Part shown: positions 52,890 to 61,676 of the stretch, in pieces
Layout of the letters: every line of letters begins with the position of its first letter
How positions within the stretch are numbered: the first letter of the stretch is position 1
Virus record (IMG/VR): IMGVR_UViG_3300037722_000240
Location: 1 to 64,000 of that record
Length of the DNA stretch: 64,000 nt
Source of the DNA: a virus
Taxonomy: Duplodnaviria; Caudoviricetes
Reading direction: 5' to 3' (one strand)
Notes under the pieces: model-generated
Told to the model about the DNA's origin: nothing
Databases searched by the model: none
What the model saw: only the letters and a program-made list of their open reading frames with translations
Translations under genes and position numbers: made by a program

Positions 52890-53548
52890 TATCTAGGCAC
52901 CTTAGACCAATAGTTTATAAATTCTTCTATTTCTTCAAAGCTATAAAAATGTCTAGCAAATCTAGAGTTGTATACCTTTTCTAAATAAGATTGTGATATG
53001 ACTCCATTAGTTTTAGACCACCTATAGTAAGGTGCGGCCTTTCTATGTTGCTCCACAGTTCTATGTATATGAGAAAGTTTTATATCAATGTTCAAAAATT
53101 CTTTTATATACTTGTTTCCTTTATTATTGTAATCTTCGATTCTAAAAACTAGAAGTTTATTATCATATATTGCATATTCATTGAATAGTGTATTATAAAC
53201 ATCTATTCCTAAAAACGGTTCAATTTTATTTTCAAACCAGTTTAAACAAATTTCAGGGGGATATTTTGAAATTAATAAATCAACCAGCCGCTGTGAATCT
53301 TTTACAGAATATTGTAAATAGTGTTTATCAAACTTAGTTATATTATGAAAAAAAGCAGACAGGTTTCTAGCTACGGGGTCCCTAACCGGAGATATATATT
53401 TATCATTTGGTGTGGGATTTTTTACCCTATCCAATCTATGAGTATGTCCTGCATCTATTCCCGCATTTATAAGGTCCCTTTGCACAGAACGAGAACCAAC
53501 CTTTCCCATTTGATATACTATAATATTAGACATCAAATAAACTCTCAT
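52889..53548 (-). CDS. sulfotransferase-fold protein (capsular-polysaccharide-synthesis 'NKWYS'-like)
   Basis: VYQMGKVGS.SV (5'-PSB-like), RDPVARNLSAFF (3'-PB-like), WF...I..FLGIDVY. Confidence 0.65.
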   Translation of the reverse strand: MRVYLMSNIIVYQMGKVGSRSVQRDLINAGIDAGHTHRLDRVKNPTPNDKYISPVRDPVARNLSAFFHNITKFDKHYLQYSVKDSQRLVDLLISKYPPEICLNWFENKIEPFLGIDVYNTLFNEYAIYDNKLLVFRIEDYNNKGNKYIKEFLNIDIKLSHIHRTVEQHRKAAPYYRWSKTNGVISQSYLEKVYNSRFARHFYSFEEIEEFINYWSKVPR

Positions 53549-54185
53549 ATTTTATTTTAGGAAGTATATCTTCTGAAAGGGCTGTTTTTTCTGTAGCGTT
53601 CCAAAGCTGTCTATGATGAGCATTGTAATATGTTCTAGCTAATCTATATGCTTTTTCTGACATTCTTAAATTTGGAGGGTCCCATCTTATTCCTTTTCCA
53701 AAATACTCTTTATGAAAATGATTAGGGTCATCACCTTCTGAAACTATACCCCTCCCCCTCTTTTTTACAGACCCACTTTGGTCGTAATAGTGGTCTAGAC
53801 CAACCACATAAACGGGGTTCATACCCATATAATAGGCTAATTGCATTGCTACAAAAGTAACTGTATGCCCCTGCCATATTGGTTTACTAGCGTCGGGTTG
53901 AAATCTTGGAATGTCGGAAGTCCAGTGTAGTCTTTGGGTACCTGGTAAAGAATTAGAAAAAATATCTTTACAACGAACTTTAAGAATCTCATTACCAAAC
54001 TGTTTTTCTACTAAATCGTTGCATACTACAAGATAAGTAATTGGTAGACCTTCTTTTAGATATCCTCTATTCAAAGCAATTACTACATCGTTTTTCATAA
54101 GGGTTACATCTATATCATTTAAACTATTACCATTGGCGATTATAAAGCCCCTTTGTCCCTGATGTTTATTATAATATACTTTCAT
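53526..54185 (-). CDS. DUF115/Maf-like or GT42-like glycosyltransferase-fold protein
   Basis: FIIANGNSL, IALNRGY, AYYMG.NPVYVVGLDH, PNHF...YF. Confidence 0.65.
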   Translation of the reverse strand: MKVYYNKHQGQRGFIIANGNSLNDIDVTLMKNDVVIALNRGYLKEGLPITYLVVCNDLVEKQFGNEILKVRCKDIFSNSLPGTQRLHWTSDIPRFQPDASKPIWQGHTVTFVAMQLAYYMGMNPVYVVGLDHYYDQSGSVKKRGRGIVSEGDDPNHFHKEYFGKGIRWDPPNLRMSEKAYRLARTYYNAHHRQLWNATEKTALSEDILPKIKYESLFDV

Positions 54186-54828
54186 AAATCTCCCCTAACA
54201 ATCTTCTATAATCTGCAAACTCCGCCATGTCATGATAAAATTCCATCTTAAAAGTACTCAGTCCAAACCGTCTTATCGCTAAGTTTATAGCATCTGTATA
54301 ACTTAAAGGCTCATTTTTATTCCATAATTTTGCTACATCTAGTGACCACACAAGCGCCCCCCAAGCATCATATACTCCATCTTTTAATGGTTGTTTATTT
54401 AGTACTTCCTTAGATTCATAGTTTATAATCCCAAATCTTTCCGGCATAGTAGTGGAATGAACTCCTAGTTGAAAAGGGGCATTATTTATACTTCTAAAAG
54501 TCCCTAGAGGTATATAGGTATCTGGCATAACAAATAAATTAGTTTCTGTATTCCAAGAAAAAGAGCTTTCTATAGCACTATATATATCATTGACTCCGTC
54601 TTGAATTTTAAATATTATATCACTATCGCGATATCTAAAATGACTCGCATGTGCAGATATCTTTTCTGGAGTTGTTATAATAACTACCCTCTCTGCCCCG
54701 CCCACTCGACATGTAAGCACAGCTCTATCTATTAGATGCTCATTATGGCCCGTTGGAAGCAATTCCTTGTAATAGCCTCCCCATCTTGAACCAGTGCCGG
54801 CGGCAGGTATAATCCCTGTTATAGTCAT
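54169..54828 (-). CDS. sugar nucleotidyltransferase (NTP_transferase, RmlA-like)
   Basis: GIIPAAG.GSRW...KELLP, MPD, P.RFGII. Confidence 0.8.
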   Translation of the reverse strand: MTITGIIPAAGTGSRWGGYYKELLPTGHNEHLIDRAVLTCRVGGAERVVIITTPEKISAHASHFRYRDSDIIFKIQDGVNDIYSAIESSFSWNTETNLFVMPDTYIPLGTFRSINNAPFQLGVHSTTMPERFGIINYESKEVLNKQPLKDGVYDAWGALVWSLDVAKLWNKNEPLSYTDAINLAIRRFGLSTFKMEFYHDMAEFADYRRLLGEIYESIL

Positions 54829-55415
54829 TGCCTGTATTTCTCCAAAAACCGTTTTCTATTTAATTCTCTAATTTCAGAATATTTTGAAATATCATATCGA
54901 GTTTTTCCTTCAAAATGAGTTATCGGAAACTTTTGCTTCTGAATACTAAAACCCGCATTCTTTACTCTACGGCAGTAATCAACATCTTCAAAAGCGGCAA
55001 CCTCAAACTGCTCATCAAAATATCCTACAGTATTCAAAATTTTTCTAGAAATTAGCATAAGATGGCCTACTGTATACCCTCCCCATGCTTTTTGTAAAGT
55101 ATCTCCATACATTACATCTGGAGAAAGTTGTGTTACTATATTATAAAAAGAATTATTACATAACATGTCATTATTAAGTATAAGAATCCAGTCAGCATTG
55201 GTACATAGTTTAATACCTACATTAATCGCCGCGGCATAAGAACTTAGTGGAATTCTTTTTAGTAAAACACCATCTATTTCTGAATAGGGGTTTTCAGAAC
55301 CATTATCTATTAAGACTATATTACACAAGGGTTCTTTATTTAATAAAGATTGTATAAAAGGCTCTGTATATTGTTTCCACCGATTTATGCCAATAATTAC
55401 AGCATATAATTTCAT
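54825..55415 (-). CDS. glycosyltransferase family 2
   Basis: IVLIDNGS, YAAAIN.G, LILNND, GYFDE.F...FEDVDYC.R. Confidence 0.85.
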   Translation of the reverse strand: MKLYAVIIGINRWKQYTEPFIQSLLNKEPLCNIVLIDNGSENPYSEIDGVLLKRIPLSSYAAAINVGIKLCTNADWILILNNDMLCNNSFYNIVTQLSPDVMYGDTLQKAWGGYTVGHLMLISRKILNTVGYFDEQFEVAAFEDVDYCRRVKNAGFSIQKQKFPITHFEGKTRYDISKYSEIRELNRKRFLEKYRQ

Positions 55416-56281
55416 TTTTTCATCCAGGACTCTATGATTTTTACTTCGTTATCTCTAGTATCAATTTTTAACCCATTCACCGGGTTTTTTCTAGATTCTT
55501 TACCCGGTTCCCCGCCCCATTTTTGAACATAGAATTTCTTATTTAAGGGAAAATATTTATCATTTGTTTTCTTCATACCCGCTTCATGTATAGTCCTACT
55601 CCAAAAATGAAAATAGGGGGAGTTTCTAGTCCTGACCAACTTAGCTCCAGATAATTGTGCTCGCCTAGCATAATCATTATCTTCGTAGTATGCCGGATAA
55701 AAATTAACATCTACGTATCCTATCTTGTCAAATATAGACCTTTTGAATAAGCATAGATTATGGCTGTCGCCTATTATTCCATAATTTCCCAAATCAGCTA
55801 ACTCTCCGGTCATAGGAGGCTCGGCTTCTTTCCATACATAAAAATTTTCGTCTATTAAATTAAAATTTCCATCAAATTTATTTCGATACTGTGGAAATTT
55901 TCTAACAAATTTTCTTGGGGTTAGAACGGCTACCCCACTAATCCACTCATATTCCGTAGAGTTAGCCACGAGTACCAAATTGTCAATAGAACCGGGAAAC
56001 GCCATAACATCATTTCCCATAATTATAACATTAGCATTAGGATTTTCATTCCAAGCTATATCGTATAAGTCATTAATAGCACTAGGAAACCCCCAGTTTT
56101 TTTGACGTTGTTTACAGTATATTCCCTGAGAGTTGCACCACTCTTTAGTACCGTCTCCTTGATTATCAGAAATAACTAGAAGCTTGAATGGAGTTGTAGT
56201 ACCATCTATTATGGATTTTATAGCCAATTTTGTATATTTTAGATTCCCATATGTAGCTACTCCAATATATAAATCTACCAT
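55412..56281 (-). CDS. glycosyltransferase family 2
   Basis: NWGFP.AIN, IMGNDV, GYVD.NF.PAYYEDNDY.RR. Confidence 0.85.
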   Translation of the reverse strand: MVDLYIGVATYGNLKYTKLAIKSIIDGTTTPFKLLVISDNQGDGTKEWCNSQGIYCKQRQKNWGFPSAINDLYDIAWNENPNANVIIMGNDVMAFPGSIDNLVLVANSTEYEWISGVAVLTPRKFVRKFPQYRNKFDGNFNLIDENFYVWKEAEPPMTGELADLGNYGIIGDSHNLCLFKRSIFDKIGYVDVNFYPAYYEDNDYARRAQLSGAKLVRTRNSPYFHFWSRTIHEAGMKKTNDKYFPLNKKFYVQKWGGEPGKESRKNPVNGLKIDTRDNEVKIIESWMKK

Positions 56282-56943
56282 TAGGGCACCACTACATTCT
56301 CTAAATTCTTATTATCTGTTTCGTAAAGAGTTGAAAGTTTTACATCAAACTTTTCTCCACATCTTTCGCAAGTACAATGAAGAATATTATGAGCATCCGG
56401 ATAGTTTAACCAAACAGTAGATAATAGCATTTTACATTCAGGACAAAAGATATAAAGCATTCTTTCTTTATAAAATATTCTGGCCTTTTCTCTCAAATCT
56501 TCAATGGCATTAACTACGCTTGCTTCTTTACTCATTTTTCTAATTTTTCTAGTAAGTTGAAGGTCCCCTGAAATATCCGAAATATTTTTTACTAGTCTAG
56601 TTTGAATACCACTAATCTTGTCTAGTACTTGAACTATAACAGGGTCGTCTGCATCCTTTCTTAAAGCAAAAGCAGTTAGGTCGAGTTCCTCTAACTGTAG
56701 TTGAGAAAGTAGAAGGCTACGAAGTTGTGATAAATCGTTCGCCTTCATATCCGTTAAATCGTAGTCCTTGCCTAACTCTTCTAATTTTTCATCTAGTTTT
56801 TCTTTTAGCCTTTCTGGAGATATTTCATATTCATCGGTAGCAATGTCCAAAGCGGCTTCAAATTCTTCATCAGACATGTCTCGATACTGAACTAGATTTC
56901 TAAGCTTCGCTTTATTCGGAAGCGTCATTCTTTCTTTTCCCAT
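56281..56943 (-). CDS. hypothetical helical protein with C-terminal Zn ribbon; candidate terminase small subunit
   Basis: CPEC...CERC; first large gene of the packaging operon; no other TerS candidate next to terL. Confidence 0.45.
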   Translation of the reverse strand: MGKERMTLPNKAKLRNLVQYRDMSDEEFEAALDIATDEYEISPERLKEKLDEKLEELGKDYDLTDMKANDLSQLRSLLLSQLQLEELDLTAFALRKDADDPVIVQVLDKISGIQTRLVKNISDISGDLQLTRKIRKMSKEASVVNAIEDLREKARIFYKERMLYIFCPECKMLLSTVWLNYPDAHNILHCTCERCGEKFDVKLSTLYETDNKNLENVVVP

Positions 56944-56951
56944 TATACTCC

Positions 56952-57140
56952 CTATATATTACAACTTGACCACCCACAATTGGGGCAAGTTTTACAACGT
57001 CCATTGATTATCATTTCTTCTTCACAATCGGGGCAGGGGTTCCATTTTTCTTTCTTAATTTCTACTTTAATAAAAGCACTGTCAATACTGGCGTATGCAA
57101 CAATGCCTCCCTCATCGGCGGGGGCAAAACTGAGTTCCAT
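56952..57140 (-). CDS. small Zn-ribbon protein
   Basis: CPDC......GRCKTCPNCGWSSC; AGGAGG RBS. Confidence 0.7.
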   Translation of the reverse strand: MELSFAPADEGGIVAYASIDSAFIKVEIKKEKWNPCPDCEEEMIINGRCKTCPNCGWSSCNI

Positions 57141-57153
57141 ATTTCCTCCTTAA

Positions 57154-57184
57154 ATTATAGCACTTATGCATATTTTTTGCATAA
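57154..57184 (-). promoter_or_regulatory. extended -10 (TGCTATAAT) with upstream 7-7-7 inverted repeat
   Basis: Minus strand TGCTATAAT 57162-57154; TTATGCA-N7-TGCATAA 57164-57184. Confidence 0.4.
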
Positions 57185-57196
57185 ATCTGTAGGTTT

Positions 57197-57379
57197 TTAC
57201 TCATTTAGTAGTAATAAATTAGGGTTCTTTCTTGCTTTCTTTGTACATTCGCCTTTATGAAGAAATATACTTTCAGTTCTTAAAGGCAAGGTATAATAGT
57301 CTTTAAATTCTATTTTCTTTTTACACACAGGACATATATGAGTATGCCTGTGGTCCCACATTTTCAATTTTCTAGTCAC
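57197..57379 (-). CDS. small Zn-finger-like protein
   Basis: CPVC...H..C. Confidence 0.55.
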   Translation of the reverse strand: MTRKLKMWDHRHTHICPVCKKKIEFKDYYTLPLRTESIFLHKGECTKKARKNPNLLLLNE

Positions 57380-57593
57380 TCTGGCCCGCTCTTACGTACT
57401 TAAGAACAGTTCTAGAAAGTCTTTCAGTTAATAACTTTCTATCTCCACTAGCAATATAATTTACCAATCTATTTAAATCTTCTCTTAGAAATGGCACCAT
57501 TATAACGTCATGCTCGTTCTCACACTCCCTTGCTTTTTCAACATCTTTGTAATATTTCTGACAATAAAAGCAAGTATGTTTATTCTCCAACAT
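57372..57593 (-). CDS. small C2H2-like protein
   Basis: CFYC...CE..H. Confidence 0.65.
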   Translation of the reverse strand: MLENKHTCFYCQKYYKDVEKARECENEHDVIMVPFLREDLNRLVNYIASGDRKLLTERLSRTVLKYVRAGQSD

Positions 57594-58584
57594 AATGTTC
57601 TAATCTCCTCTTAGCTACCTGTAAACTTTTATTCTCGATTTCCACTCCGGTAACGTGGTCCCATCCTGCCAATAGGCATCCTATCATTTCTGAACCAGTA
57701 CCAGAAAAAGGAACAAAGAGTCTTCTAGGAGCATAGGCTCCCGGTGGCAAAATAAGACTTGATAAGTACCTTATCAAATCAATTGGTTTAATAGTAGGAT
57801 GTGGGTTCTTTTCGTTTAATCCGGCGTTCTTTTCTTTTACAGTAGGTTTCATCTGATAAAAGAAATCATCAAAAGGTAAATCAAAACCGTCTGTACCTAT
57901 CAAATTAGCAGGCCACCTTCCCTTGGTATTGATTTTCTGTATATACTTTGGTCGAATCTTTTCTCCAAATCCAGACCACTCCTCTAAAACATTTATAGGT
58001 ACCGGTTCCCCTGCAACACGGCCAGCACCAATATTCCAAACACCCGCTCCAGTTTTTTCAATAGCATCCCACATTTTACCGGGGTACGCTTTTTGAAAAA
58101 CACATATGGGTTCAATAGAGCCCTTTAACACGTTTCTGTTATAATAAAAATCGTCCCAACCATCTTCTTTCACTTTGGTTGGGTGAGGAAATCCCTGACT
58201 ATTTATCCAAGCTATCAAGGGGTAAATAATAAAACCGGCCTCTTCAATAGCTGAGGCCATTCTATGATAATTTCTAGAGTGACTAAACGCCATTCCTATA
58301 GCACCATCATGCATTAATTCTCCGAACACTTTCCAAGTGTCGGAATAAAAGGCTATATCCGTGTCCCATTCTACTCCAAGAAATCCACTCGCTAATCTTG
58401 CTAAACCATCTGAGCGATTTCTAATCCTATCCGCTACAATCCCCTCTGAATCTTTATTCATATTTCCATAACGCTTTTGAACAGTATCTAAAAAGTAGGG
58501 TGGGTCACAAATAAGAGCGTGAAACTTTGGGCCATCATATTCCTTAGCCCATTCTACAACATCGGTATTATATAAGTGATACAT
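57580..58584 (-). CDS. DNA amino-methyltransferase (N6-A/N4-C, beta-type order)
   Basis: Catalytic DPPY near the N-terminus, HPT.KP, SAM-binding PFSGTGS near the C-terminus. Confidence 0.9.
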   Translation of the reverse strand: MYHLYNTDVVEWAKEYDGPKFHALICDPPYFLDTVQKRYGNMNKDSEGIVADRIRNRSDGLARLASGFLGVEWDTDIAFYSDTWKVFGELMHDGAIGMAFSHSRNYHRMASAIEEAGFIIYPLIAWINSQGFPHPTKVKEDGWDDFYYNRNVLKGSIEPICVFQKAYPGKMWDAIEKTGAGVWNIGAGRVAGEPVPINVLEEWSGFGEKIRPKYIQKINTKGRWPANLIGTDGFDLPFDDFFYQMKPTVKEKNAGLNEKNPHPTIKPIDLIRYLSSLILPPGAYAPRRLFVPFSGTGSEMIGCLLAGWDHVTGVEIENKSLQVAKRRLEHYVGE

Positions 58585-58774
58585 AATATGTAATAAAAAA
58601 AAGATATGCTATTTCTAAACTAAACCCTGTAATAAATACCAACATTTCATTTTCTACAAATATATCTCCTATATACCACGCCAATCCAAGAGGCCAAAAT
58701 AATATCAACACCAAAATAATCAATGGCAAAGTTAATATGACATAAAAACTTGTTATAACTTTTTGTATATTCAT
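58568..58774 (-). CDS. small membrane protein
   Basis: Two hydrophobic segments; GGAG RBS. Confidence 0.65.
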   Translation of the reverse strand: MNIQKVITSFYVILTLPLIILVLILFWPLGLAWYIGDIFVENEMLVFITGFSLEIAYLFFITYYVSLI

Positions 58775-58809
58775 TACCGTACTCCTTATTATACTACAAC
58801 AGGGTGTCC

Positions 58810-59022
58810 TTATGACGGTTCCTCTAGGTTTTCACTATTGACAATGACATCGAAATCGTTTATAATATCGTCTATGTAGTCAAGAAGCAGGTGGTGGTTT
58901 TCGATTTCGGGCAAGTTTATACCAGGAGCCACTTCCATTACCGATAGCATAGTTTCATGGTGCCTCTTGCGGCTAGTCAGGTAAGCTTTAAATAGTACTA
59001 GTCTTTTTCTAATATCATCCAT
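58810..59022 (-). CDS. hypothetical protein
   Basis: AAGGAGG RBS; first gene after the leftward promoter. Confidence 0.75.
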   Translation of the reverse strand: MDDIRKRLVLFKAYLTSRKRHHETMLSVMEVAPGINLPEIENHHLLLDYIDDIINDFDVIVNSENLEEPS

Positions 59023-59062
59023 GTATGAACCCTCCTTTGATTTGCTACACAGGGATTTCCCT

Positions 59063-59091
59063 ATTATAGCATATATTCATTAATTTGTCAA
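59063..59091 (-). promoter_or_regulatory. consensus sigma70 promoter (leftward)
   Basis: Minus strand TTGACA-17-TATAAT with TG extension. Confidence 0.88.
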
Positions 59092-59105
59092 GAGGGAGTT
59101 GGTAC

Positions 59106-59134
59106 TTGACAGATGAGCGGTTTTATGGTATAAT
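59106..59134 (+). promoter_or_regulatory. consensus sigma70 promoter (rightward, replication operon)
   Basis: TTGACA 59106-59111, 17-nt spacer, TG-G-TATAAT ending 59134. Confidence 0.88.
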
Positions 59135-59230
59135 AGGACTACTGTCCTGAGAGGAAGGTTAAGTTAATTAATAGTTAATAATATATAATAGTTAAAAATA
59201 ACTTTAATAATTAAAGTCTAAGGAGGTTAA

Positions 59231-61183
59231 ATGAGATTAATTAAGGACCTTGGTTCGGAAAATATGAAAGTTCTTATTTCACGCTTACAGAACGAAGATA
59301 TTATAGGATTCGATGTTGAAGCGTCATCACTAGATGTATATGAATCGGTTCTGCTTTTGATACAAATTAGTTTTAAGGATAGAGAAACCTTTGTTATTAA
59401 CGTAGGTAAGGCAGACCCCAAGATTATAAGATATGTATTAGAGCTAATACATGATAGAAATATTTTAACTATAGGTCACAATTTTAAATTTGATGCTAAA
59501 ATGATTTATCATCATTTTGGAATACTATTTAAAAATCCATTTGATACTATGCTAACAGAAACTTTAACAAAGCCGGGTGTATCTATGTTGTATCCATCAT
59601 TAGATGACCTGTTAGAGAAGTATTTTAACATTAGAAAAGACATGAATATTAGACATACTTTTTATGGTAAAACGGATTTTGATTTTACACCCGACCAATA
59701 TAACTACGCTTCTAGGGACGTAGAATTTCTTATTCCAATGGCAGAAATTCAGGGAAATTTAATTGACAGAATAGATATGCAAAAAGTTTGGAAAATGGAA
59801 ATGAATTTGATACCTGTTATTGCTATGATGGAGTATCAGGGAATTTCTTTTGACCAAAAAAGTTGGATGGCTTTAGCAAAGATAGCCGAACAAAAAAGTC
59901 AAGAATATGAAAGTAAAACGCTTGTCTATATGGCGGACAATTTTCATAAAATAGCTCCTAATACTAATAACGCTCTAGAAGCTATAGATTCTCTGAGTAT
60001 AAGAGAGGACCTTGCTGGTGGAAAATTTACTGCAAAGTTTAGAAGAAAACAATACGAGCAGATAACTCCTAGAGAAGAGATTGTAGCAACAGTAATTCCT
60101 CTTATAAATATGGCAAGTCCTAAACAAGTGGTTAATATTCTTAATAAGTTAGGGATTTCTACAAAATCATCATCAGAAAAAGAGCTTCAAAGATTTAGGG
60201 GTAATGAGTTTGTTGACCTGTTGTTAAATTATAGGGGGTATTTCAAAAAGAGCACTGCTTTTGGTGAAGAGTTTCTAAAATATGTAAACCCTATAACCAG
60301 TAAAATACATACTGATTATAGTCAGTTAGGGGCAGTTACAGGAAGGTGGGCCAGTAGTAATCCTAATATGCAACAAATTATAGCGGATTTTTTATATAGA
60401 GCTTGTTTTATAGCACTACCTTCATACAAGCTAGTTACTTTAGACTACTCACAAATAGAGCTAAGATTGATGGCTGAAACTAGTGGGGAATCTTTGATGA
60501 TAGACGCCTTCAATAATGGCGTAGACCTTCATGCTTTAACAGCATCCCTTGTTTTTGATATACCATTAGAGAAGGTTACAGATGAAAAGAGGCAAGTTGG
60601 AAAAACTTTGAACTTCGCTGTTATCTATGGAACTACCGAGTACGGGTTGAATTATAACTTTGGATGGTCATTAGAACAAGGCAAGGAATACTTGGATAAA
60701 TTCTTTTCTCAATACAAAACGTTATCTAGATTTTTAGCTGTTATGGGCAGTGAAATTATTAAAAGAGGGTATAGTACAACTCATTATGGTAGACGAAGAT
60801 ACTTAACTTATCCTAAGTCCCCTGTAGGGATTTTTCCTTGGCTTTATAACAAGAAAATTTCTAAAGCCAAAAGACAGGGTATCAATCAAATAATTCAAGG
60901 GGACGCGGCCGAAATTCTAAAACTGGCTATGCTAGATATGTTCCATGATAATCCCTTTGGTTGGGAAAAGTTTAGAATGTTATTACAAGTACATGACGAA
61001 CTTGTTCTAGAAGTACATGATAGTTTAGTTGAAACATATTATGAAGATGGGGAAGAAAAATTCAGGCTTAACGCAGATGCTAAAACATTTGTTGATAAAT
61101 GTATGCTAAAGCCTGCTAACTATTTTTTGAACAGAGTACCTATTGAATATAACTCAAAGGTAGATAAAGTATGGATAAAATAG
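59231..61183 (+). CDS. polA: family A DNA polymerase (3'-5' exonuclease + polymerase, no 5' nuclease)
   Basis: Exo FDVE, HNFKFD, YASRD; motif A LDYSQIELR, motif B KTLNFAVIYG, motif C QVHDEL. Confidence 0.95.
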   Translation: MRLIKDLGSENMKVLISRLQNEDIIGFDVEASSLDVYESVLLLIQISFKDRETFVINVGKADPKIIRYVLELIHDRNILTIGHNFKFDAKMIYHHFGILFKNPFDTMLTETLTKPGVSMLYPSLDDLLEKYFNIRKDMNIRHTFYGKTDFDFTPDQYNYASRDVEFLIPMAEIQGNLIDRIDMQKVWKMEMNLIPVIAMMEYQGISFDQKSWMALAKIAEQKSQEYESKTLVYMADNFHKIAPNTNNALEAIDSLSIREDLAGGKFTAKFRRKQYEQITPREEIVATVIPLINMASPKQVVNILNKLGISTKSSSEKELQRFRGNEFVDLLLNYRGYFKKSTAFGEEFLKYVNPITSKIHTDYSQLGAVTGRWASSNPNMQQIIADFLYRACFIALPSYKLVTLDYSQIELRLMAETSGESLMIDAFNNGVDLHALTASLVFDIPLEKVTDEKRQVGKTLNFAVIYGTTEYGLNYNFGWSLEQGKEYLDKFFSQYKTLSRFLAVMGSEIIKRGYSTTHYGRRRYLTYPKSPVGIFPWLYNKKISKAKRQGINQIIQGDAAEILKLAMLDMFHDNPFGWEKFRMLLQVHDELVLEVHDSLVETYYEDGEEKFRLNADAKTFVDKCMLKPANYFLNRVPIEYNSKVDKVWIK

Positions 61184-61668
61184 ATACGACTAATCCTCCC
61201 TACATGGCGTGTGGTCATAGAGCTAATAGTTTAGGCAAAAAGGCGGGGGATAATGAACTAGGATGGGCATGTGTTATATGTAGTTGTTTTGATGTTATTG
61301 AGAAACCACATTTAGAAGGACGCAGAGCAAGATGCACTTCTTATGGCAGACCGTGGGGGCGGGATTTTCATTGTATATATATAAATGACAAAAGAACAGA
61401 TGTAAATTCTTGTAGAAGCAAGGAAACAATTTGTAATTGTGAAAGACCTTCTGATGAGTTTTTGCCCTTCTTTGAGTACAGAGGAAAGGGCTCAAAATAC
61501 GCTAAGCAACATTGTGCTAATTGTAGATATGTGGAAATAGCACACATAAAGAAACAGAAAGAATTTTTTGTACCAAAACATTCGAGTAAAATTTGTGATA
61601 ATTTTACTCCTGTTGGACCTCAAGAATTTGACGCATTTTATTGTGGATGTTCCGTTGGATGGGACTAG
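61171..61668 (+). CDS. Cys-rich metal-binding hypothetical protein
   Basis: Numerous Cys in CxxC/CxC clusters; overlaps the polymerase end. Confidence 0.7.
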   Translation: MDKIDTTNPPYMACGHRANSLGKKAGDNELGWACVICSCFDVIEKPHLEGRRARCTSYGRPWGRDFHCIYINDKRTDVNSCRSKETICNCERPSDEFLPFFEYRGKGSKYAKQHCANCRYVEIAHIKKQKEFFVPKHSSKICDNFTPVGPQEFDAFYCGCSVGWD

Positions 61669-61676
61669 GAGAATAA

